Part shown: positions 12,207 through 25,466 of the stretch, piece by piece
Layout of the letters: each line of letters opens with the position of its first letter
Position numbering within the stretch: position 1 is the first letter of the stretch
Assembly (NCBI RefSeq): GCF_001194135.2
Contig: NC_068999.1
Coordinates: forward strand, 48,276,517-48,316,953
DNA length: 40,437 nucleotides
Direction of reading: 5' to 3'
DNA from: Octopus bimaculoides
Lineage: Eukaryota
The notes under the pieces: model-generated
What the model was told of the DNA's origin: nothing
The model's database searches: none
What the model saw: the letters and a program-made list of their open reading frames with translations, nothing else
Made by a program: the position numbers and the translations under genes

Positions 12207-12419
<213 letters not shown>

Positions 12420-12420
<1 letters not shown>

Positions 12421-12810
12421 TCATCCTCATTATCATCATCATCATCATTTAATGTCCATTGTCCATGCTGGCATGGGTTGGACGGTTTGACCAGAGTTGG
12501 CAAACTGGAAGGTTGCACCAGGCTCCAGTCTGATTTGGCATGGTTTCAACGGCTGTATGCCCTTCCTAATGCCAACCACTCTTAGAGTGTAATGGGTGTT
12601 TTTACGTGCCACCAGTACAGGTGCCATTTGTGTGACACCGGTATCTGCCATGACTGCGGTTTTACTTGGCGTGATGAGGCTTCTTCTCAAGCACAGCAAT
12701 AATGTCAAATGGACTGTCATTGCCTCTGTGAGGCCCAACATTTGAAAGGTGCTTTTACATGCCACTAAAATGGGTGCTATTTGCGTGACACTGGTATGGT
12801 GTCATTTGCA
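12420..12810 (-). mobile_element. Abundant SINE/LINE 3' tail family ending in (GAT)n
   Basis: catcatcatttaatgtcc..ccatgctggcatgggttggacggtttgac. Further copies at about 17480-17645 (-), 19140-19360 (+), 22600-22860 (+), 24620-24780 (+), 30270-30560 (-), 34800-35140 (+), 36866-36990 (+) and 38380-38430 (+). Confidence 0.8.
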
Positions 12811-12999
12811 TGTATATATGTATATTAAAATCGAAAAGATTTGTTGCTAAATTCAAAAAGTTTAGGACAAGTTTCCTAACAGAATGTCACATCTATTATT
12901 ATATCTAAGGGAGGTAACTCTTGTAAACTGTTTGAAACCTCTCATGGTCACCTTACCTGTTAGAAATAGTAGGCCAAATGCTCTTACATCAGATACCAA

Positions 13000-13760
13000 T
13001 TCCGGACAGAATTGAAAAGAGTTTCATTACTAGAGGAAACAACTTTTTTAACTTCGAGAGCAATATTTACAAACAAAAATATCTGGGACTGCAATGGGGA
13101 CAAAAGTTGTTCTGACCTACGCCAATCTAGTCATGGCATACATAGAGGACCAGATATATGAACAATCTAAATTAATATATGGCTTTGGAAATGTTACTTA
13201 GATGACTGCCTAAACCTATGGATGTACACATTTGAACAACTTATAGATTTTAAAAATCTAATCAACAGCATAAACAATAATATTAACTTTACCGTGGAAT
13301 ACAGTAAAACTCAACTACCATTCCTGGATATGCTAATCATTATAAAAGATAGTCATTGAAACAGATATTCACTCCAAACAAACAGATTCTAAACAATACT
13401 TACTGTTCTCCTCATGCCATCCCAAACACACGAAGAATAATATCCCCCTTTAATCTAGCAAGAAGAATCTGCACTATTGCCTCGAACTCTGAAACTCACA
13501 ATAAAAGACTCCAGGAACTAAAACAAGTTTTACTTAAAAGACAACATTCATTAATGCTAACAGACAATGGAACAGAACCTGCCAAAGCAATAAATATCAA
13601 AGAACTATGAAAAATGCTCCAGATACATCCAATAATCTACCCTTTATTACAATACACAACCCAAGAAATACAGAGGTTTACAATATTACCTACCAGACCA
13701 TGCCACTACTAAAACAAGACCCAAGAATAAACAAGCATTCAAAACACACAAAATAATCAA
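13000..13760 (+). pseudogene. Penelope-like element reverse transcriptase relic
   Basis: Frameshifted peptides GTAMGTKVVLTYANLVMAYIED, WKCYLDDC, NFTVEYSKTQLPFLDMLI, TDSKQYLLFSSCHPKHTKNNIPFNLARRICTI, all characteristic of PLE RT. Confidence 0.9.
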
Positions 13761-14170
13761 AACCAGTCATGTAGCCATTGTTTGTTGTTTGAAGATATCA
13801 GAGTTGTAGTTAACCATAAATTACTTTCTTTATATCCTTCTTTGAAAGCCAAATGTAAATGTGTCTCTCCCTTGTTTATGATTACATTAAAAAAAAAAAT
13901 ATTGTTAATACATTTTTCCAAACCTATGTTTCGATAATTAGTAACACTTATGAAAAAAAAAAAAAACTTTAAAAAATGTCCCAGACTATCTCATTACAGG
14001 TGATTATAAATGCAATTTCTAGCTTTGAAAACACGCACAAAATCAGGTCATCTGAAATTCACATTAAAAATATTTCTTTAATTGCCTAATGACCTTGTTG
14101 AGGTTCACTAAACAAACACATTCTCTCATGCATATATATTAACACATAATCATATGTATTTTTACACCTT
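13761..14170 (+). other. Diverged inverted copy of the profilin-like gene's last (3' UTR) exon
   Basis: Collinear blocks shared with the reverse complement of 25080-25453: aaccagtcatgtagccattgttt, atccttctttg, aaagccaaatgt, cacttatgaaaaa, aaaaaatgtcccagact, atcaggtcatct, aatgaccttgttgaggttca, cacattctctcatg, tttttacacctt. Confidence 0.85.
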
Positions 14171-14766
14171 AACTTCTTGGAGATTTTAGGTATAATTATA
14201 CTAATGTGTCTATCTGTTCTAATTTAATTAAATTCTATGTCTTTGTGCAGCTGAGGATTGCTCTGCATTTTAAATTGATGTATATATATATGTGTATATG
14301 AGAGAGAAAGAGGTTAAGAAAAAGAGATAGAGTGAGTGAGTGAGTGAAGGTGTGTGTTGTGATGATTGATACATTTGACTAAAAATTCCTCAAGGCAGTA
14401 CCACAACATGGCTGTAGTCTCATGAATGAAACAAGTAAAATAAAAGATTAAGGAAAAAAGTTAATTCTGGGACATCCTGTATAAACATGAATCATAAAGG
14501 GAAACTCATTTTCTGTTCATCCCCACCTCTTTAGGATGTATTGTGGCTATTGTGAAAAACTGAAACATGAGTTCATGTGAAACAACATTTTACTAACACA
14601 TGTCCTGTTTATTATTTGCTTTTGCACTCCATTCAGCCTGTTACATGCATAAGACTTTGCAGTGAGAAGTTGAGTTCATAACGCCATTGACAATGTTTAA
14701 ACTGAAATGGAATTTTCTTCGTAATAATTTGGTCTTGAGGTGGTAGGAAATATGTGATGTATTCTT

Positions 14767-15390
14767 TAACCCTTTAACATATCCAGCCAAAATATTCTTC
14801 CTGCTTTATGTTCAAACTGGCCAGAACTAACCTGTTACACCAACCCTATACTGTCATTTCAGGAGGCGCAATGGCCCAGTGGTTAGGGCAGCGGACTCGT
14901 GGTCATAGGATCGCGGTTTCGATTCCCAGACCGGGCGTTGTGAGTGTTTATTGAGCGAAAACACCTAAAGCTCCACGAGGCTCCGGCAGGGGATGGTGGC
15001 GAACCCTGCTGTACTCTTCCACCACAACTTTCTCTCACTCTTTCTTCCTGTTTCTGTTGTACCTGTATTTCAAAGGGTCAGCCTTGTCACACACTGTGTC
15101 ACGCTGAATATCCCCGAGAACTACGTTAAGGGTACACGTGTCTGTGGAGTGCTCAGCCACTTGCACGTTAATTTCACGAGCAGGCTGTTCTGTTGATCGG
15201 ATTAACTGGAACCCTCGACGTTGTAAGCGACAGAGTGCCAACAACAACAACAAAAAATAATGTCATTTCTAAAAGTAAACAATCACATCATCGAAATCTG
15301 TAAGCTACGAGATAATCCCTGATTAATTCAAAGCAGTGTGAATAAACAAGTGTTACATTTGACAGAGTAATCTGAATGCTATTGGGTTCA
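14767..15390. mobile_element. piggyBac-like MITE interrupted by a SINE
   Basis: Begins ttaacccttta and ends atgctattgggttcaa (degenerate inverted end). Related TTAA-CCCT-ended elements at about 17725-18056 and 28689-28912. Confidence 0.5.
14861..15260 (+). mobile_element. tRNA-derived SINE, full length
   Basis: A box TGGCCCAGTGG, B box GGTTTCGATTCC, (CAA)n tail, and 9 bp TSD tgtcatttc at 14852-14860 and 15261-15269. Confidence 0.9.
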
Positions 15391-15419
15391 AGACCACATG
15401 GTAACAACCACAAGATAAA

Positions 15420-16075
15420 AATTCAAAGTGATGTGGCTAGAAATGTGGGGATCAAGAACTTTGAAGCTAGCAAAGGGTGGTGATGGGGATTTGGAAATTG
15501 CCATGGAATGGATTGTAAAATTAACCTCAGTGAAGTAGGCAGCATGCTTAGCAAGGAACTTGAACCATTCTGGAAGTGGTTAAATGACTAAATTAAGTAT
15601 GAAGGGCTCATAATTTCCTAAGGGTATGATGGGTATTTAACAGGATCCTGTTTGCATGACTACTTGGAAATACCCAAGCTTTTAAGAATGAAGATGCCTC
15701 ACTTGATCATAAATTAAAGAGCATTTTTCTGTGACATTTTGTGTGAATGCCCATTTTGAAGTTAGCAGCATTGGGGAGATCAGCATGCCTCAGACATAAT
15801 TCACCAGTGATTGTTCATTATTACCATTCATGAAATTGTGGTTAAACGTGCATATCTGTAATTAATGGGGGATGAGGGTTCCTGAAATTTATTCCAGAAG
15901 TGTATAAATACTAGGAAGATGTCTTCAGACTTTTTGCTGATGAGGTCAAATTACTGCTAATTTTTGACAACACAACTGCTCACCCAGACCATCACCTACT
16001 TGTCAATAATGATGGTAAAATAAGGAATATGTTATTGCCATTCAGTGTTACTTTCATGATCCAACCAAATCAACC
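15420..16075 (+). pseudogene. Tigger/pogo (CENP-B HTH plus DDE_1) transposase relic
   Basis: NFEASKGW near 15465 and VKLLLIFDNTTAHPDHHLLVNNDGKIRNMLLPFSVTFMIQP near 15945-16070 match pogo/Tigger motifs F.AS.GW and LLL.DNAPAHP....D..I...LP.N.TS.IQP. Confidence 0.75.
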
Positions 16076-16149
16076 GAAATATTTGGATGAAGGCCTTATG
16101 GCATCAACAGCCACATGATGACATCAACAGCCACAAACTTAAACCTGTA

Positions 16150-16530
16150 ATATTCAATATAGTCAAGAGATGAGATCCAGAGATTCTCAGTAGAGAAGAC
16201 ACTTAGCAGGGCTCAAATGATTCAAATTTAGGGGATCAAGTGCACGGGGTAAAAAATGACTATAAAAAAGAACCAGTTGAGTAGATGTGGAGGCAATTAT
16301 GTGGATAAACAAATTAAATATATTAAATATAACAGTTTGGGTATGAAATACAAAACGTGTATATGTATACATGTAAAATGAGAGAAAGCAAAGAGTGGAG
16401 ACATTCAGATGATGAATATTTAAGTATAAATATATAGATATTTATATTAATAGAGCCAACTTACTCAGAGTACAAATAACAGAAAATTAGAGGGGAGAAA
16501 GAAAGGTGTTATAAGTCCAACAGCTGTATC
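16150..16530 (-). mobile_element. Dispersed repeat of about 370 bp (possible PLE pseudo-LTR); second copy at about 22245-22590 (+)
   Basis: The translated junk ORFs 16187-16372 and 22349-22573 are visibly homologous. The 5' end carries GATACAGCTGTT, a decayed GAAACAGCTGTH hammerhead-like 3' half. Confidence 0.6.
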
Positions 16531-17478
16531 TGGGGGCTCAGAGGTCCAATGATAATGTTGGTAGATGTAGTTCACCACAATATGTGGCTCTGTCATCAGG
16601 GTAGAGAAGATCTTACATTTCAGATTATATTTAATATTCAATTTAGCAACTTTATGAAGGGCACCGAAGAATACCACTATAGCTAAGGCTAAGTAAAATA
16701 TTTCTGTACAATGTGGAGGTTCAATATGATTGTAAAAGACTGGAAGTTAAGTGATTTCAGAGGAGAGGTGAAACAGATGTCACAGGTAGTGTCAGAGGCT
16801 GGTAAGAAAACAGAAATAGTAACTCTGGTGATCAAATGCTAACCAAAGAAGAAATTACAGAACGATGTTGATAAGCCATTGCCCAAGAATCTTAAACTCT
16901 CTGTTGTGTAAGAATCTTCTGATAACTTTATTTCATACATTGACATGTTAAGGGAAACTGATGGTCAACGTTTTATTAACATCTCAAAGCCTTAATCCTT
17001 GAACTGTGAAAATAGATTTCATGGTTATTCCAGTGACAATGTTAAATATCTAGCGAAAAACTAGAACTAGTATTATGTGTGAATCACAATGCCTCAATAA
17101 ACTTGACAAATCTCAACATATGATAGTTTCAAATATAACATTCCTCAAAAAACATAGATTGGCTTATAAAACCAGTTAGGAAATTAACCTGAGCACTAAT
17201 TGCATGTATCTATTAGCTTACGTCATCAGACCTAAAACTACCTGAAATTTAAGTGTGTGAGTGTGTGTGTTCTTCCTCCCACTGTTTAACCACCGGTGTT
17301 GGTTTGTTTACACTCCCATAACTTAGCAGCTTAACCAAAGAGAACAAAAGAATAAATTACCGAACTTAGAAATAAGTGCTAGGATCAATTTGTTCCAGTA
17401 AAACCCCTTCAAGGTAGTTCCCTAACAAGATCTCAGTCCAATGACTAAAACAAGTAAAACAGATAAAAAGAAAGATAT

Positions 17479-17523
<45 letters not shown>

Positions 17524-18299
17524 TTAATGTCTATTTTCCATGCTGAGATGAATTGGACAGTTTGACAGGATCTGGCAAGCCAGAGGACAACGTCACAATC
17601 TAGTGTCGGCTTTGGCATGGTTTCCATGGCTGCATGCCCTTCCTAAAGAAAAAATTTTATTTAAGTTAACCTTGTAAGTTATGAAATAATGACAAATTTA
17701 TTCTCAGAAAGAAAAACATTGTAAATTAAAGCCATTTGAGATTTTTAACATTATTCATAAGTTTCACCAGGATATAATGCTTCCGCCTAATGAAACTCAT
17801 TAGCTTTCTCCTATAAAACTGTTACTTGACCATTTTGTTACCATATTTCTGTTGAGATACTCCATGTTTCTTTCAATGATTTTTTAAATATAACAAAAAA
17901 TTTAGTAAAATAACTTAATTATTAAGCTAGTGGTAGAAACGTAAATTGTGACTAAGGTTTGGTGGATGATTTTAATTCAGAACTTTTGAAAACAAGACAT
18001 TTGTACCACAGAGTCAGAGGCAATTTCAGGTGGGTTGGTGTCAAAAGGGTTAAATCAGCTATATTCTTTGTAAAATAGTGAATTGAAACTATTCACAATG
18101 GTTTGTTAGTCATAAATAGTTTCAGTGAAAACTTGTCTGCCCAAGCAGGAAGTGGGTGGGAGGATTTTGATGACAGGCAGCTATATGATATTGTGTAAAA
18201 GGGTGTCCTTTCAGAAGATGAGTTCCGTGTATGTCAGCAAGCTCCTTACCAAACAGCTACATATATATATATATATATAAATGTGTGTGTGTGTGTGTG

Positions 18300-18590
18300 A
18301 AGGCACATGGCTTGGTGGTTAGGTTATTCAGCTCACAATCATAAGGTTGTGAGTTTGAAAACCAGTGGTATGAGCAAGATACTTTATTTCGCTCCAGTCC
18401 ACTCAGCTGTCAAAAATGAGATGTATCTGTAATTCAAAGGGGGCCAGCCTTGTCACACTGAATCTCCTTGAGAACTAGGTTAAGAGTATGTGTATCTGTG
18501 GAATTCTCAGCCACTTGCATGCTAATTTCATGAGCAGGCTGTTCAGTCGATCATATCAATTGAAACTCTCATTGCCATAACCAATAATAA
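18300..18590 (+). mobile_element. tRNA-derived SINE with CORE-like central block
   Basis: tRNA-like head, tgagcaagatactttatttc..gctccagtccactcagctg central block, and the same 3' tail as the 14861 SINE. Heads of another CORE-like SINE family occur at about 11230-11345 (-), 21815-21950 (+) and 25570-25740 (+). Confidence 0.7.
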
Positions 18591-19789
18591 TAAGGATAGC
18601 ATTACCTTTAATTCTTTATACACACACACACACACATATTCAACTAAGAATCCATAGAAAATTATGCACTTGTATATTTATCATAAGAATGGGGGCTGTA
18701 TTAATTTAAGTTTACAATATGATAGATCTATAATATTGTATATATTCTTTTCTACTCGAAGCACAAGTCCCGAATTTTTGGGGGAGGGGGGGCCAGTTGA
18801 TTAGATTGACCCCAGTACGCAACTGGTGCTGAATTTATTGACCCTGAAAGGATGAAAGGTGAAGTCGACCTCAGTGGAATTTGAACTCAGAACATAAAGA
18901 CAGACAAAATATCTCTAAGCATTTCACCTGGCATGCTAATGTTTCTACCAGCTCGCCACCTTATAATATTAAATATATTGATTTTTGTGTGTGTGTGTGA
19001 TTGGGAAACAAACTGCATGGCTCTTGATACTGGCCCCACTGCCCAAAGCCTTGTGAATAGATTGGCAAATGAAAACCAAAAGAAGCACGCCATATACTAT
19101 ATATGTCTATGTGTGTGTGTGTATTTACTTTTTTCCTTTTCCAGACATTATGTGATAGTTCTGAACAAGTGTCACTGTCATGCAAGCAGTGTCCTTTATT
19201 ACCAATCTTCCGCAAAAACATGTCTGGTCATAGAGAAATATAACCTTACTTTGAAACAGGTGAGGGCTGACAACAAGAAGGACATCCAGCTGTAGAAAAA
19301 TCCACCTCAACAAGTTGTCTGACCCATGCCGGCATGGAAAAGTGGACGTTAAAATGATGACATCAGATAAAGCAAGTTTAAATGTAAGAAATCAGCTCTA
19401 TCTAAAAAAAAAAGCTACAACAGAATGCAAGTAGCCAATGTTTGTACATGTTAAACTAGATTGTTGAATTATGGGGTGGAATACAAACAATTTTTTTGCG
19501 TATATTACTGAACAACCAGCTGTAAATACTTACAAATCTGAGATAAAAAATAATTGATTACTGAGATACCAATAATTACTAAGTGGAAAACTAAATTCGA
19601 TGTATCAATATGATAATTATTTCTTGTATGAATGGGAGATAACCCCATGATTTAACATTGATTTCATGACATTTGTGTGTGTATGTAGCTTCAGCGTAAA
19701 TTTATCAAAGGGTAAAAACAGCCATGCGAAACCATCCGCATCTAATCATATCACGCCAAATTTATAGCCATGTGTGTATGTCAAAGCTA

Positions 19790-21000
19790 ATTATTTCAAA
19801 TAGATTCAGTCAGAGCGCGTCAAAAATGAATAGATACTTTATTGTTTAGGTTCTCTCTGTTCTTCCACATCAGGAAATATTATGTTTAGCAGACACTAAT
19901 TAGCATGCATCAGGAAATAATTTGTTTGCTGATTTTTGTAAACAAGAGTTTGTGCTCTTTTGAGATACATCTGTCTGATAGGTTAGCTTTAAGTGAGGTG
20001 ACTTACGAGGGCAAAACACTGCAGTGTCTTAAAGTCACTGGTATACTGTTTGTGTTATGAATACAGATTGTCCAAAGGGAAAAATATCCTCAGACAATGC
20101 AAAACATCGATTAAATATTCACATTTGAACCTGCCAGAATGTATTAGAAATTGATACGTTATTGTTTGGAATTTTTTGCTGTTTCTTTTGCATCTCATGC
20201 ATTATTGTCTGTTTGGCAGACATCAGCAAATAATTTGTTTACTGCTCTAGTGACATATTCATTAGTTCAGCAAGGTAGCTTCAGCTGACGAGATACAATG
20301 AGCACAAAATATCAGTGTCTCAAAGGTCCCTTACACTGGTGAATCATGTTTGTTATGAACACACATCTTCTAAAATAGTGACTCCCAACTGGGAATCCAC
20401 ATAAAATTTTATTGTTAAAATTTATGTACAATAAATTTATTATACTTCTACAATATACAAAATATTTTTTTGTTTTTATACAATTCCAAATATTTAATTA
20501 TAAAAATGATACTTTTTTAAATATCGAATGGCTAGGAAGGTCCACTTAAGTAAAGTAGGAATCAAAGAGGTTCATAGATAAAAAATGGTTGAGAAACACT
20601 GGTCTAAAGTAACATGTTCACCAATGACAAAAAGCATTAGCAATCAAATATTCACATTCAAATCTGTCAGAGCATATTAAAAATGAATGACTGCTACTGT
20701 CTGGCATGTGTCCTACAAACTGTTATTTGCTCAGCAAACATCAACATGCATCAGTGAATAAACTGTTGACTTTTAAAAACAAAAGATGTGCTTTAAAGAG
20801 ATACATCAGTCCCGTGGAATAGCTTTGACAGAGATATCACATAATGAGATCACAAAACTGCAGTGTGTAGTTACTCCAGTGTGTAATTAGCACACTTCAT
20901 CTAAAAGGAGGTGTTTTTGATGATGAAAACACCAGCAATCAGATATTCACGTTCAAATCTGATAGAGGGTATTTAGAATGAATAGATACTTTTCTGAAAT
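19790..21000. repeat. Degenerate tandem array of a unit of about 300 bp (3 full units plus a partial one)
   Basis: Anchor (a/g)atattcac at 20114, 20647 and 20942; g(t/c)cag(a)g anchor at 19809, 20133, 20666 and 20961. Confidence 0.75.
20376..20601. mobile_element. hAT/Charlie-type MITE, 226 bp
   Basis: Ends tagtgactcccaac / ggttgagaaacactg; 8 bp near-TSD ttctaaaa / gtctaaag resembling NTCTAGAN. Confidence 0.7.
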
Positions 21001-23829
21001 AATTCTCATCAAAAAGCTGAGGCAAAATGTGTCTATTGTTCTTTGAGTTACTGAAGTGATAATGTCCATCTTATTTCAATATAAACTGTTTTTAACTCAA
21101 CAAGTCTATGAAGAGGTTTTTATCTCTGATAATTCCACAGCGTCATGTTTTCTAAAAGTGTGTATATATTTAATATGATACACAGATGGATATATATCAT
21201 CATCACTATTTCATATAAAGTGGCAAAGTTTAATATGAAGGAGATTCAGCGCCTATTTTTTGAAAGTTGAGTGTCTGGAGAAACCATCGCCTTGCTAATT
21301 CTGAAGAAGGAAGTGGAATAGATCAGATCTTATTTTTTAAGACTGTGCACATTTTTTAATTAATGAGAATATTTTACTTTATAATACACGTTTACAACTT
21401 GTTTTAATAATTTTTTTTTTTGAAAATTTCCTTATCAAAAATAAATTCCATGGTGGCAGTGATGGGGAAACTTAATAGTTCTAAATAGTGATTTAAAACA
21501 CAGCCATTTAAATAATTTTAATCTGTGTCAGTTCTCATGAATTACAACTGACAAACCACTTTTTTATTACTTCTGCGCAGATAGCCAATTAAATTCCATC
21601 TACATAGAGTTTATTCCTTGACAATCCGGTTTCTAACAATTTTCCTGCATGAACAGGTTTCAGAATTCATCTCGCCACCACCATCCTCTAACTTCAAGTA
21701 CTCATTTTAATTCACCAACAGATTATACTAAACTTACCTCATCATAAATGCTATTTTATTTTTTTGTTTGTTCTTTACTCACCTTGTGCCCTGAACAATT
21801 CACCTTCAATATGTATAGCTCTTCGGTTAAGAAGCTTGCTCCCGAACAATGTAGTCTTGAATTCAGTTCCACAGTGCAGCACTGTTGGCAAATGTCTTCT
21901 ACTATAGCCATGGGCCGATCAAAGCTTTGTGAATGGATTTGGTAGATGTAAACAGAGCTCTGCATACCAGATGCTAGCAAATATATGGGGTCATCAGAGA
22001 ATGTGCCCCATTTCAGGGCCTTCCTCTTGACAGCATCATTGCACACCAGCCCCACCTCACTGAAATGAGGCCCCACTTGGTAGGTGAAATGGTTATTAGG
22101 TTTTGCTCAATATTCTTCTAGCCATTGTTCATTGTTTCTTTTTAACCAAACCCAGTAGCTTGCCTTTGCCACTATGGTCTAGACACAAATATGGATAAAT
22201 ATACATACATGGATATGGATTTATATATATATGTATATTTCTTCCACCACTTTAATTTTCTCTATCAATTGTACTCTGTATTGCACCTATTAATATAAAT
22301 ATTTATTTATTTATACTTAAAAATTAATCATCTAAATGTCTCCACCTTTTGCTTTCTCTCATTTTGCGTGTATACATAAATACATATTTTCTATTTCATA
22401 CCCAAACCATTATATTTAATGTATGTAATTTGTTTATCCGCATAATTGCCTCTGTACCCACTCAACTTGATACCTCTCATAGCCTTTCTTTACCTTGTGG
22501 AATCAATTCCCTGAAAAGAGATCGGAGTCTAAGTTTGAATCTTTTGAACACTAGTAGGTGTCTTCTATACTGAGAATCTCTGGATGTCATCTATGGACTA
22601 TATATATATTTGTCTGTGTGTGTGTATTGTTGTCCTGAATTTATATGATGGTTGTAAATGAGAATCAGTCATACAAGCAAAATCTTTTTTTTCCAGTCTT
22701 CCACGAACCACATGTCTGGCCATGGGTAAATATTGTCTTGTTTAGAAGCAGGTGAAGGTTGGTGACAGGAAGGGAATCCAGCTATAGAAAATCTGCTTCA
22801 ACAAATTCCATCTTGACTGATGCAAGCATGGAAAAGTGGCCATTAAACGATGATAGTAACAATTATTAATCCCATTCATTGTTTCTCTGCCACTAAATAC
22901 TATTTTACAGCTCATTTCTCATTCAGAAATTATACCTTAGATATTTCATACTGAAATTATCCTGAACCACCAATTTTTATTTTCAATTCTTACTAGGTTT
23001 CTTTCATGTAATATAGTCATATCTTTACAAAAACTTTTGCTTCAGCAATAAAGAAATGAAAGTAAAATATGAAAACATAAATAAAAAACAATTGCAATCA
23101 ATGATCAATAACTTCAGAGATCACCCAAATAGTTTACATAGAGATGTTTATTGCCAAAACTGCGATACAATGTGCTGTTTTGCATTAGGCTAATGAAAAC
23201 CAATTAACACTTATAGCTAAAATTAAAAGACAAAGACATAACTCTTGAGGGTTTTATAACACCACAAGAGCCTTTTAATTGAAAGATTACATGCATGAAC
23301 AATTTTATTGGGTTATTATGTAAGGTTTGCTAAGTTATGCCATTTATATTATGTTTTTCCATTAAAAAATTTTTGAATATTTATAATTTGATGCTGTCAT
23401 GCAGATATTTAGATCATGAAGGAATGTAAATGTGGAGAAAAAGCCATACACTTGAATGAAGTTCTGAAAAGAGAAGAAAATGAAAAAAAGCTATTAGAAT
23501 CAAGACAAAACAACATTTATTGTAAGCTAAAATCTTTTTTTTTTTTTCACAGACAACCCAGATGGATGAATGCTTTTGATAAATAATATAAACCTAATAG
23601 AATGTTATGTAGCCACAAGACATTTTTTTAGTTATACATTCTGTAATACATTAACATTTCTACACAATTACTTGTGTGATAAATGTGACCAGACAGACAG
23701 TGCCTAATCTATGTTTGAATAGATATTAAATGCCAGTAGGTTCCTCTTATACTCAATTTTTCTCTCGGATCATTTGTAAGCTGTCATTCACAAGCACATT
23801 CAGTGGAGTATGTTTTTTTTAATTTATTT

Positions 23830-23950
23830 CCAGTTTTCGTAAATTATCCGCAGGTCAAGCTTTGCTCTGCTACTATGCAGCATTGCACTTTGTACGCAAG
23901 TATTATATAACCTGCCCTTTACACTGAGAGATCCTTGGATCCAGCAATGG
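23830..23950 (-). pseudogene. RTE-clade LINE RT C-terminal relic
   Basis: Minus strand reads SLSVKGRLYNTCVQSAMLHSS, then DNLRKLE in another frame. Confidence 0.7.
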
Positions 23951-24329
23951 TAATAGCTTTTTTGAACTGTTCCATCCCAGTCTTACTCTATATAAATATA
24001 ATAATCCCTGAATGGGATGCTGATCCACTGTATAGGTTAAGCTCATCAATTTTTGAAAGGGTGGTGGTGGTGGACAAATACAAATTACATTGACTCCAGT
24101 ACTTGATTGGTACTTTATTTTATTGACCTCTTCCCCAACCCAAAGGAGGTGAAAGACAGAGTTGACCTTGGTGAAATTTGAACCCAGAATATCAAGGACC
24201 AGAAGCGATATTGCTAAACGTTTTCATCTGATATGCTAACAATTCTACCAGCTTAATGCTTATGCCTGGCATCAGTAGATGAAGCAAATCTCCATTGTGT
24301 ATAGCATTAGTTTAATTCAGGAAAATCTA

Positions 24330-24600
24330 ATTGCTCAGAGTAACATGAACTGAGATCTCTAGAATAAAATGTACCACGCAGAGACAAATATTTACAGTGG
24401 ATTTCCACTTGGAATTGCATATGGATGTAGACATTTGCATGCAAAAGATCCAGTCACTTAAGAGGGAAACCCAGGAAGCCACAGGATGAAGTATTGAAGC
24501 CATCTTTGAGACACTGAGCCTTACAAAGGAGATGATAAAGGACCAAGATGCTTGGTGCCTTGCTGTATTCAAGAAGACCTGTCTGCCATAGCAGAAATGA
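24330..24600 (+). pseudogene. RTE-clade LINE 3' end relic
   Basis: GKPRKPQDEVLK...LSLTKEMIKDQDAWCLAVFKKTCLP resembles the RTE C-terminal GRPRKTW.E....DL.....TKEM..DR..WR..V motif. Confidence 0.7.
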
Positions 24601-25079
24601 TATTGGTGCTGGTGCCACATGAAAAACACTTAGTACACTCTGTAAAGTGGTTGGCATTAGGAAAGGCATTCAGCTGTAGAAATGGAGCCTGGTGGAGCCC
24701 CTGGTCTTACCAGCTCCAGTCAAACCATCCAACCCATGCCAGCATGGAAAACAGACGTTAAATGATGATGAAGATGATTTACTAGTTCTGTAGTGATCAA
24801 TTTTCTAACCCAGGACAACACACTAAATATATACATTTTCTCTTTGAAGTTTGACTCTCTTTTTGTGATTTAGTAATGAAAAATTTCATCTAATTACTAA
24901 TCAGTTATATTACACAATATATGAACTACTGATTTAATAGAGAATATCCCAGAAAGAAAGATAAAACTATTTTCCAAATCATTATATGGACATACACATA
25001 AAAGATTATAAATAAGAAATGAGTGAAAATAATGACGGCAGAAATTAAACTAAAAACCTAAGATTGTAACTTACATAAC

Positions 25080-25466
25080 AAGGTGTAAAAATATGCATGA
25101 TTACGTTTTAATATATATGCATACATGAGAGAATGTGTATGTCTATGAACCTCAACAAGGTCATTAAAGAACAAAAAGAAAAAAAATTAACATCTGCTTA
25201 TATTTTTACTGCTAAATTTAGATGACCTGATCTTTTGTTTGTATGTTTTCAATGCTAGCAGTTGCTTTTATAATAAATCTATGAGACAGTCTGGGACATT
25301 TTTTTAGTTTTTTCATAAGTGCTACTAATCATTGAAAAATAGGTTTAGGAAAAAGTGTTAGCAATATTTTTTTAAACATCTGAGACATTTGGCTTTCGTT
25401 GATATCAAAGAAGGATACAGAGATACAGAAAAACAATGGCTACATGACTGGTTGGCTATTATACAC
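25080..25466 (-). other. Non-coding last exon (3' UTR) of the profilin-like gene; true 3' end not determined
   Basis: Strong acceptor tttctgtgttttcag|GTGTAT at 25466; the upstream exon ends in a donor 13 nt after its stop codon. Confidence 0.55.

Noticed and set aside
14591-14740. Perfect TACTAAC branch point and acceptor at 14636
   Set aside because: All three frames close shortly after the acceptor and the donor is weak; at most a non-coding exon.
14861-14935. tRNA-like sequence with A and B boxes (also at about 5400-5475, 11850-11925 and 18300-18370)
   Set aside because: These are SINE heads followed by a family body, tail and TSDs; no complete cloverleaf is evident.
23834-23949. Apparent plus-strand exon FRKLSAGQALLCYYAALHFVRK with a good acceptor
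   Set aside because: It is the antisense of an RTE LINE RT relic (VKGRLYNTCVQSAMLH).
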